DNA of 56,211 bases, counting the filler, from Platydemus manokwari (taxonomy: Eukaryota), in the NCBI GenBank assembly GCA_037951405.1. It is 4 parts of 4 records of this genome, joined end to end, with 100 filler letters (N's around TTAATTAATTAA, not from the genome) between each part and the next. Parts side by side here need not be neighbours in the genome. Positions count along the whole stretch, not along the records: positions 33,537 to 56,211 come from JBBMOY011222542.1; 3 more parts are not named here. One strand, given 5' to 3'. Below, one piece after another: positions 38,036 to 48,647 of this stretch. The notes under the pieces are model-generated. The model ran no database searches. It had not been told where the DNA came from and was given only the letters and a program-made list of their open reading frames with translations. A program made the position numbers and the translations under genes. Each line of letters begins with the position of its first letter. Position 1 is the stretch's first letter.

Positions 38036-39068
38036 TATTATTGAAAGTGGTGAACAGATATCCCCTGGTTGGGAATTTCATTATTTCTGCAATGCAACAT
38101 TATATTTCATATTAAATTTTGAAAATGGCAATCTTTTGATATAATTTTGTGATTATTTGTTACGCTATTTGTTTGAAAATATATTTCATATATAAACTTA
38201 TTAATAAGATGTCATTAACATTTAAAATATTTATGTATGTGTTATTCAAACACAAATCTGATAAATAAGTTTAATTTGAATGGTTATTATTGTCATTAAC
38301 ATTAGTATTATGACGATTATGGGATTTATTATAAACATAAATAGTGAACAAACATAAATAAAATTCAATAAATGAATGGTTTGTCGCTTTTTTAAATAAA
38401 GATCTTCTACTTTCTGCATATTTGTAAACTATTTCTTATTCTTTTGACTTTTAGGGATGCAGCTGCTTACTATTAATTAATGATTTTTATCGGTTGGTGT
38501 TAATCTTAACATATTTTCAAATGTTTGTGAAATAGAGTCAACAGTAAATTCAATAAAAGCATTGGCTCAAGTTAATAAAAGGGGTCTTTTGACATACTTT
38601 CGTAATGATGAATTTTTGCACAAAGGTAATTTTATAACTTAATTTTATGTATAACTGCGATGTTTGATTTATTTGTATAATTCAGTTAATATCTTACTTT
38701 TAGGATGGCTTGTAGAGACAAAAAAATAGTTTCTAAACCAAGTCCTTATTCTAATCATGGCACCTTTACATGATGTTTTTATTTTGCAAATTTTAATTTA
38801 TTTTATTATAAATTAACTTTGGAAACTCATGACATGTATAATAATCTAATATTACCTGTTTTATCAAATAATTGTATTGAGTACCGAAGTACCTCAAAAA
38901 ATTAAAGTGTCTCAACTTGCTTCAAATATTAAAAAATGGTTCTTGCTAATTTTCAATAAATTGCAATTTAACTTATTTAATCCGTTTTTCAAATAATCAA
39001 ATTTTAGGCGATTTTGGAGCTCTATTTAATATTTCATTTCAAATAACTAAATTCTTCTTAAGCATTGA

Positions 39069-40342
39069 TTGGGTTGGTGCATAAATTCGTGCGGTTTCAT
39101 TTGTTGCAAAGAAAACACATCAACTTCTTGTTTTAACTGATTTGAGTTATAGACATTCAGCTGAATTATCTATTTAAATCATTTTAGACTAACTTTTATT
39201 TTCATTACCATAATTAAACTGGAGTGTCAGGTAGATAAAAATGAGAATTTCCGGCATCTACTCCTTTTCTATTTCGATCAATATTTAAACGCTGCAGAAG
39301 CCACCAGAATAATTTGTTGCTTTAATGGAGAAAAACCAGTCAGTGAACGAACAGTACACTAATAGAAACTTTGATTTAAACAATGCACCTTGGTCAGGCC
39401 GACCTATTTACTTTGATGAAGATTCTTTAAACCAATTAATTCATGATGACCAGCGTCAATCGACACGAGCGCTTGGACAGGCCATGGATTGTGATCACAC
39501 CACTATTTCTCGACATCTCAAGAAAATGGGAAAAGTTCAAAAAGTTTGGATTTCAAAGAAAAACACAAAAACCAATGTGTTTCTATTTCTGCATCTTTAC
39601 TCATTCGCCATCAGTCTGCTGTGTAGCAACATCAATATTTCCTTTCCAGGATAGTAACAATTGATGAGAAATGGTGCCTGTACGTAAATTTGAAACATAA
39701 AAAAGCTTGGGTAAATCCTCAAAAGCAATCACAACCACGTGCGAAACCCGAAGTTCACCATCGCAAAATCTTGATGTGCGTTTGGTGGAACTAATTTGAT
39801 GTTATTCATTAATAAATCTAGCCCAGAAACCAAACAATCAATGCCGAACTTTATTGTGAACTGCTCAAGCGAGTAAACACTGCAATCAAATCGAAGAGGA
39901 CCAATAAGAAGCAGATACAGTATAACAATGCTCGGCCTCATGTCGCCACAGTGGGCTATTGAAGATCTTGGCTGGTAAGTTCTTCCTCATTCTCCGTATT
40001 CGCACCACTTAGCTCCAACAGATTTTCATCTTTTCCACTCCATGTCGAACCATCTTTTTGGTCTCACATCTGAAAACGAAGAAGTAATAACAAAGTGAAT
40101 TGAAGAGTTTTCGAGCAAAAATCATAAAGCTTCAAACGTGGAATAGACAAACTGCCAGAACGTGGAAGGAAGTGATCGATTGTGGCGGAGAATATCTCAT
40201 CGATTGAAACTGAGATATTTGCTTTTTCTAATGATTTCATAAATTCATTTTGTTATCTGGAATTTATTGCATGGTTTTGGTTGTTGATCAGTATGCATTT
40301 TTCATAATTGTAAAAAACCGTACAAACTTATGCACCATCCAA
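39069..40342 (+). mobile_element. Near full-length (~1.27 kb) decayed mariner, probably mellifera subfamily
   Basis: TIRs ttgggttggtgcataaattcgtgcggttt (39069-39097) and aaaccgtacaaacttatgcaccatccaa (40315-40342). Transposase motifs FRHLLLFYF, SGRP, RIVTIDEKW, NARPHVA and HSPYSHHLAPTDFHLF; multiple frameshifts and stops. Confidence 0.92.
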
Positions 40343-40860
40343 ATACTTAAATAAAAAATTCAAAATGTTTATAAAGAATATAAATAAACTATATAGATTT
40401 TAGCAATACACTGAGCAAATTAAAAAATTTGTTTTAGAACCCATTTCCTTAACCTTAGCCAAAACATTAGTCCCCATGTCTGAATCGACTACGTAATCAA
40501 CCATCGGCTTTGTATAGAATTCAATATGAAATTCAAAACATTTAATTACAACATTTATAATATGAATATCAATATTTCGGCTTCGTGCTTTCTTTAAAAG
40601 ATCATCTGAATCGATATTATACAGATTTATAGAATTAAAATTGTGCATAAATTTGTTTAACCGAGATAAAAAATATTTTTAAATCAATGATTATTAAATC
40701 ATTCAAACTATTTTGAAGGGTTTATAAGTTGAATTGAATAGCGAACCTTTGATCTGTAATAAGCGTAAATCATTAACCACAACACATATTATGTATAAAC
40801 AGCAAATAAATCTTAACTTGTTAAAAATAAAGTTGGCAAAAATAAATTAAGTCTTTAAGT

Positions 40861-41853
40861 TTATTTCAATCTAAAATTAACCATCTTTGCGATCTCAAGC
40901 TCATCTTTCAGATCGACCAGAAGACCTTGGAACGCATTACTAGTTGTGATCCAACTAATATAAAATTCAATCTTTTTACATGCTGGCTTTAAATTATCTG
41001 TGGAATTTTTCAACAAAACTCGCATATCTGAGAGAGCGGCAGCAATGAATTTTCGATCTGTTTTTTCAGCATTCAAAAAATAGAACAAATCATCAACAAT
41101 CAACAATAAAAATTCATTATTAAGAGGAATTTTTGCATTGGAGGCATTAAAAACAAATGATCCGATCACATCTTCCATTGAATTAAATGTAGCTGGTGAA
41201 TTGAGAAAGAGATTTGGGCATATTTCTTGTAGAATATCTGTAATTTCATCAGTAAAATTGTGATGGTCACCATTGTAACGCCTCGTTATGTAAGAGTACG
41301 ATAATATGCAGCTCATCACGATATATCTGATAGATTTATTAGGTGATTTTGAAATTAATTTATCAATCGAAATAATATTCTTTAATAATCGCGGCACCTT
41401 ACCATTAATATTAGAATCAACTTCTTCAACCATATTAAATATCCACCAAGGCTTCCAACATTTAATAAATTTCTTTACTTCTTCTGAATCTATAAATTTA
41501 TAAAATTCTTCTTTTTCTTTATCCGTCAATCTTTCCCAAATATCATCTGTATCATCTAGTGTTAGGTCATATAATCTTTCTTCTAATGATTCAACAGGTG
41601 AAGTTTTTGAAGGGTATTCCTCTGAATTTGCTTGTGATGATAATATATCCTCCATTTTCTCTTTCATTTCTTTAGAAACACGAACTCCTTCTAGTTCTTT
41701 CATACAACACTCTCGATAAAAATCTTCCGAACATTTTATATGTTTTTCAGATTTGTAACAGGGTAATGAACAATAATCTAAGTTACACCTTGGACATTTA
41801 TATTTACCCGGGTTTTTAGTACATATATTACAGAGATTTAAATTTTCATCCAT
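40861..41853 (-). CDS. ZNHIT2: Zinc finger HIT domain-containing protein 2 (single exon)
   Basis: N-terminal zf-HIT CNIC...YKCPRCNLDYCSLPCYKSEKHIKCSEDFY, followed by the ZNHIT2-type motifs IWERLT.KE.EEF, WKPWW and KKIEFYISW. Confidence 0.85.
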   Translation of the reverse strand: MDENLNLCNICTKNPGKYKCPRCNLDYCSLPCYKSEKHIKCSEDFYRECCMKELEGVRVSKEMKEKMEDILSSQANSEEYPSKTSPVESLEERLYDLTLDDTDDIWERLTDKEKEEFYKFIDSEEVKKFIKCWKPWWIFNMVEEVDSNINGKVPRLLKNIISIDKLISKSPNKSIRYIVMSCILSYSYITRRYNGDHHNFTDEITDILQEICPNLFLNSPATFNSMEDVIGSFVFNASNAKIPLNNEFLLLIVDDLFYFLNAEKTDRKFIAAALSDMRVLLKNSTDNLKPACKKIEFYISWITTSNAFQGLLVDLKDELEIAKMVNFRLK

Positions 41854-42663
41854 GATTTATTATATTTAAACAAACACTCTTCATTAATTTAAGAATTTAT
41901 CAAAGGTATTTAAATAGAATATAATACTCTTGGTTTATGATGTTGTAATTAAAATTTGTTGTTATCCAGAATGATTTTCATTTAAGTGGTTTTCCATCAC
42001 ATTATTTTCTTTTGACACGTGACTAAACTCTCACTTTTATCATGATTTCATAACATTCATAAAATTGGATAGTAATTAATTTCTATTAAATCTAATAGAC
42101 GCAAGATGTTGTAATAAATGTTATAATTATTAAAATGTAGAAGATTAGAAATTTAGGTGAAATAAATAAAAAATGAATTGAAGGCTGGTTTAAAGATTTT
42201 AGAAATACGATTAATGCTATTATAAAAATTAAGCCTTTTCATCTATAAATACGCTGATATTACTAAAAAGTATCCACAAAAAATATTAATTATGTTTGTT
42301 AGATTGCAATATTCTGTGATTTTGTCTGACAGTGACTAAATAAAGTTTGATCATCGTTTTGCAAATCATATGTATATTTTTAAATTACATTAATTATTTA
42401 AATAAAAATTACAAATGATGAATTTATGCAAGAAATTCGTGATTGCTATCATCAAAAAATAATGTCACTCAAAAACTTGTAGAACTGGGAGAAAATCTAA
42501 ATTTATCTTTGTATCGACGACTAAACAGATAGATTTTGTCAATAATTCCAATCGTAAACTTTTTTTCAGAAGCTTAAAATTGGCTTTCGAAAAATTATAT
42601 TGTTTTAATTTTTTTGGACGTTTACAGAATTTTATAAAGTTTTGAGAAAATTTTTTGTTTTAA

Positions 42664-45485
42664 CTAATAATTAAATCGGCAATTTCCCAATCGTTTTTTG
42701 AACAATTTTCTCGTGGATTTTCTTTTAAACTTCTTACCAAGCGAGATAGTTTTGCCAGAATGATGTTTCGAATTTTTCATCGATCGATCTTTGCATGAAA
42801 TCAAATTCTCAATAATTGCAGCGCAATTATTTATTTCATTGATGTTTTGTTGATTTGCAAAATTGCAGCTCTGATTTTCATCATAACTTCCTTTGTCCAT
42901 ATCAGTAGTTTCGATTTCCTCTTCTGACGGTTGGCTGCCTTCTTTTTCTTCTTCATCAGGATTTTCATCATCTTGTTCATCTGGATTCTCGTCACCACTT
43001 TCATCGGCATTATCAATACCACTTTCATCAGCTTCTTTTATTTCTTCATTTGTTTCTTCTTCTACCTCTGCTGAGTTGGGCTCTGAGACCGAAACGTGAT
43101 ATTTTACGCATGACTTTGCAAAATCACTGTCTGCGTCATCATGTATATTTGTTTTGGTATCACCGATGGTGGTATCTGCATTACCAACGTTAATATTATC
43201 TTTTGAGGTTAATTTATCAGTAATACATTGATTTTGCTGATTACTTTCCGGTTTATTATCACTATCAGCTACAACTTCTTCATAGTCTTTAACCAACGCA
43301 CTAATGTTGTATAATGATTCCGTAAATTCACATTCTTCCATTCCTTCACCAATGAACCAGTGAACAAAAGATCTCTTTGAATAGAGCAGATAAAACTTAT
43401 GAGTGAGTCTTTGCCACGCTTGTCCAATTGCTGATGTATTAGCAAGCATTGTGACATTTTTCGTTGTCTGACATATTTCACTTGCAGGAATTGTTGTGGG
43501 TGGACAGATATTTATTCCTACTTTGAATCCCGTCGGACACCAGTCAACAAATTCTATATTTTTATCTCTTTTGATTTCATTCAAAGCAATGTAAACATGG
43601 TATGGACTAACATCACCACGATAAAATAAACTGCAAGACATAAACCGACCAAATGAATGATCAATTTTCATCATTTGATTTTCTTTTTCAAATACTGCTC
43701 TTGTCAAATCACAAACAGATAATTCTTCATGTTCTGCTTTCGATGCCGATAAAACAGGAGCAAAATTAGCTAATGGAAAATGTATTCTTGGATAAGGTAC
43801 TAAATTAGTTTGCAAAACTGATATATCACAGTTCATTACACTTTCAAACCGAACTGACGCAGTGATTGAGCTGGTTAACTGACCTATAAGTCGATTTATT
43901 GTATTGTATGAAGCTTGAGATATAGATAAATATTTGGAACAGATATCATATAGAGCTTCATTATCGAGCAAAAGTCCAACATCGATGTCTTCCATACAAA
44001 AGTGTTCACTTAAAAGACAGTTATATGGTTCTACCATAGCTGTTGATAAAGTTGGAGAGGGATATATGGGCATTTCAATTTTTACCAATTTTGGATAATC
44101 GACTAAACTATCAAATATCGCTGATGTTAAACCTGATCCTGTCCCACCACCAAGGGATCTAAAAATAAAAATTGCCTGAGTATTGGCACCATTTTCTAAG
44201 AGCTTTCTAATTTCATGACTAATAACTCCAAGAAGTAGTTTTCCAACTGTGAAAAATCCTCTAGCAAAATTGCTGGCAGCATCTTCAGGTCCTGAAATCA
44301 GTCTGTCGGGATGAAAGAAATTTCTGTAATTTCCAGTTCTGACTTCATCTAAAAATATTATGTATTTTATTTATTTTTATATTTGAAAATATATAGTTAT
44401 ATAAGTAAAATATAAATAAGTAAAATATAAAGTAAAAGAATTATAAATATAAATATAAATTATAATAACGTGAAATTTTGATGATTTTGGTTACCAGAAG
44501 AATAAAATATATTTTATAGGTGTTAGATTTTGCGCAAAGTTTTTAACTGTAAAATTAAATATTCTAATAACTAAGTTATCAGTAAGATTTCATAATAAAT
44601 TTGTATCGTGAAAAATATTAATCAAGAACAAAGAGTTTCACAGAAACAACATTGAATAAAAGGTGTCCGACTAATTTCAATTGAAGGACATCAATATGTT
44701 TATATGGAACCAAAATTGAAATCACAAAAACCTAGTATACAACCGTGAGTGAATCATGAAATCTAAGATTTGAAATCCTATTTGCTACTGCCGAGAAGAA
44801 TTTTGAAACAAGTTTTATGGTAGAGTGCATTCTGTGATTATCATTGGTTAAACCATCAACCAATTATAAATATTTATATTTTAATGATTGTAGTCGATTA
44901 TAAGCTATAAGTAACCAGTTCAATATTCTAGTTTTATTAAAAACAAACTACGTTTGGTATCATATTTATATGCCAGTTTCAAGATGTGTCTATTGATAAG
45001 ATTGATCTCACTTGTGATGTCAAGGTTAGTAATGAAAGAATGAATGATTATAACCAATCAAAATACGACATGATCAATGATACAATGAGAATTGATTATT
45101 AATTAATTAATTATTCGTTAACAATCCATTATAATTAACATGATAATAAAAAAAATAATGCAAATTCCCATTTACATCGATAGGATATATACATAGGATA
45201 AAAATATTCAAATTACCTATTACTGTTGCCTCTAGATCAATGAAAAGATTTCTCGGAACAAATTTACCAGAATGAGAATACGAAAAGAAAGTGTCTAGGC
45301 ATTCTATATGGAGGCTTGGTTCTTTCAGGTCACCGCTTTCGTTTATACCATGTTCAGTGGCAAGCAATTCCCAAATAGAATTTCCCATTTGAACTCCAGC
45401 TTGACCGATATGCAAGGAAATGATTTCCTTCTACAATTTAATTAATATTTTTCAATAATAATGAAGCGATTATCAAACATACCAT
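42664..45485 (-). CDS. TUBA: Highly divergent alpha-tubulin with ~200-aa C-terminal extension; 3 exons (45485-45483, 45430-45217, 44348-42664), 633 aa
   Basis: ATG|gtatgt intron directly after the start codon and a phase-1 intron at TVI-G|AT, both typical animal alpha-tubulin positions with GT-AG ends and an in-frame join. Motifs [57 protein letters not shown]. Confidence 0.92.
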
Positions 45486-46439
45486 GATCTAAATTACTTT
45501 GTGGATTGGTGAATATCGATAAATATTTAAATTTAAATATATTGATATCGATTTTATTAAATTTATCGATTAATTTCAATATTATTTTTACTAAAAGGAA
45601 TATTTTCTTTAACGGCCAAGGTTATTTAGCTTTAAATTCATAATTTGAATTATTTTTAAAATGATTATTATTGTAAGATGATTAATATTAGTATTTGATA
45701 TGTGATAAATAAGGCGGTAATAACAAAGTTCGACTGTATAAAATGTTTTGAATGGCCGATACAACGATAATCTTCTTTAGATATTGATGGTGCTATTAAT
45801 ATTTTTATAATAAAATAGTAAATCAAGTAATTAAATTAAATGAATTAAAAATCGGTAGTAAAATTTTTCAAATCCTTCTGACATCGAAGTACATCTGCAC
45901 TGCATAAAAAATCATCTTATGCATACTATGAATAAAATACTATTTAAAAAAAACTGTTGATATATTATCGACACTGTTTAGAGCAATAGCCCTTATGAAT
46001 GTGGATGCATATGATCATTTGTATTTGATCTTGAAAATATCGTATTTGTTACAGGATACAGGAGTACAGTTTCAATACTACTGTTGATTTATTATTTGTG
46101 ATTGACTGGTATTTATGTAAATGGGTATTGATAGTATTAAACAAAGATATACATATTTAGAAGGTTATCATGAATGTGAATCAAGAGTTAGATGAGAATC
46201 AGATTAAAGCGAAATATAATAATCTAATAGGGCTAGTGTCAGATTTAGTTAGAAACGGACATGTTTATTATTAATGCTATTGATATTAACGAAGCCTGAT
46301 CTACTATATATATTAGGAGATGTAAAACAAATACAAAATAATCCATATACTTCTTCAAAAGTGTTGGGATCTACTTCTGAGCAACTGAATAATCACTGAC
46401 TCCAAAAACCAAAGACTATATAATATTTCCAATCTGCAT

Positions 46440-46857
46440 ACTAATCATTACGACTCACAGAATAACATGGATACAATCAAACTACTATTCGTACTACTCA
46501 AAAACAAAACCAAAATCTGGCTTCTAACTGGTAGTTGGCCATCTTTACATCAATATTTATACTAGAGATATGTGTGTAATTTTTGTGTTATGTTTGTATA
46601 ACGTTTCTTTACTTTTCCAAATTTCTATTGGAATTATTAGTTTTTGTACGAGTGAGATTGATCAATCCTTATGTGTGTATTGTTGTGTGGCTATTTCTCT
46701 TTTTCTAATTGTCGTTTATCATCCAACTCTGATGTGATGGGTTGGTTGCTATGTCCTTATGTTTGTGTAGGTATACAAATGTTTAAAGTGCTAAAACAAG
46801 GAATCCAAGGTGCAAATTCGTTTTTCTTTTGCAGAATTTCATCTCACTCAAAAAAAG
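46440..46857 (+). repeat. Dispersed repeat family A, longest copy
   Basis: The 5' part matches 29340-29560 (inverted); the 3' part matches 10850-11175. Confidence 0.8.
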
Positions 46858-48647
46858 GATAAAAATATTGATTGATTTTGAGATTGGAATTTTATGGAAA
46901 AATTGTTATAATATATATAATACAATGATAGTATGTTGTTGTGTCCTTTTGGGCTGACTTTTATTTCCGGCACGACACGCCACCAAATAATTATTTATTT
47001 TATTTACATTAGTCTCAATGCATTATCAAATCGAAGAGTGGTTGACAGTAGTTAAACTACCTTTGAGAACTGATCTACATTAAGAACACAAATTTTAAAA
47101 TTAACAAAACTATATTTGATTCAACTGAAGAGTGTTAAACAAAATGACCGAAAAAGCACTTTGGAACCCTAAAAATTTCTTTTAAGTTTAACACAGGTAT
47201 ACATGCACCGTTCTATATACACTAACACATCAACCAATATAAAACGAATTAAATTCCAAATATTTATGTCAATTATACAGCCATAGAGCAATGAAATACT
47301 CAGTAGATTTATCAAATAAATCTAGAAACTTAAAGATTCAATGAAAACCCCTAAACAACGATGTTGCCAACCTCATGCTTTCTAAAATTGTGACAAGCTT
47401 TAAATTTGTGTTACTTGGGAGCCAATTATAAGCCTTTATTATCATCAATGTTAGTGTGTTTTGCTATTTTATCGATTATTCTGACAGATTACCATTAAAA
47501 AACCTCATGGACCTTGTCTCTTCGTAACACCTATAATGCCAAGTATTATATTTTTGTTGTAACATAACCCAACACGTGAGTTCTAATATTTTAAAATGAA
47601 TAAATTCCATCACGATTTCACAGGTATATTTCACACAAGTAGAAACACTAATTACAATCAGATTTTAGTATAATCAGATTACAATCACAATGTCAGAACA
47701 CTTATTTGTTGAGTTTTATTTATAAAAGTGAATGAGAATAAATTAGAGAAAACTTTAGCGAACGTTTGATATTCACTTGGTATTAATAAACCCAAAAGAT
47801 GTCACGGAACATCTGAATACGTTTGCGTCATTCTTTATTATAAGTTTCCTTAACACTGTTATATAGGCTCATTTATAGGCTTCAATTGCAGTTAACTGAC
47901 TAGTTTCGTCTGTCTTTTTCAGAATGACCGTCGCATTTATGCTGTTTTTAATGAGCAATCCATAAGTGATAAATTTAACTTTATCTTTGTCATTTTAAAA
48001 TTATTTCTCGTGTAATTTTAAAAACTGGAGCTTATAATTTATAAATCGTGTCGGAGATTTCATAACATATGGTCAAATGATAGCAAAATAGCGAAAAATA
48101 AAGAAATTCAACGCTTTTTAATATACAAATTATAATATAAGAGTAAAATTATTTTGTTGTATTTAGGTTCCTGATTAGTGAATTTATTAATAGGCTTGAT
48201 GTAAAAATGTAGAAATCAGTGAAAATTAGGGATTAAGGGGTTGAAATTTTTAAAAGGTGAAATAGAAAAAAATTTGGAAATAAAAGTAGGGATAAGGTGA
48301 TTTATAATTTTTATATTATATTCTGATAATTTTATATTTTATTATAATTTTTATTTTAAAAGTTAAAAAATCATTATTTGTGATAACAAATTTAGATATT
48401 GATGTATTTGAGTAGATTCACTTATGCTCGAAAATAAAATATTATTTTAAAATATTTGATATTTTAAAATGATTAAGATATTAAAACAATTTTTAATCAT
48501 TTATTTATATTTTAAAGAATTACAGATTAATAAATCATAATTTCTTCTAATAATCGTAAATATAAAAATAACACCATTTAATCAAAATATGATCACAATT
48601 AAATGAATTTAAGAATCATTAATAAATTAATATTGATTTAGCCATTT

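Noticed and set aside
40400-40648. 82-aa ORF between the mariner and ZNHIT2
   Set aside because: Composition is protein-like, but there is no recognisable motif or splice support; cannot be distinguished from chance.
45107-45216. C-terminal part of the 102-aa ORF 45107-45415
   Set aside because: Read-through into tubulin intron 2 past the G|gtaatt donor.
45972-46090. LFRAIA...DH segment resembling an OTU protease motif
   Set aside because: Lacks the catalytic DGNC context and is short and stop-bounded.
47300-47900. Possible decayed LTR-type RT on the minus strand (VFRCSVTSFGFIN, VLGYV)
   Set aside because: Only two weak motif resemblances and no YxDD found.
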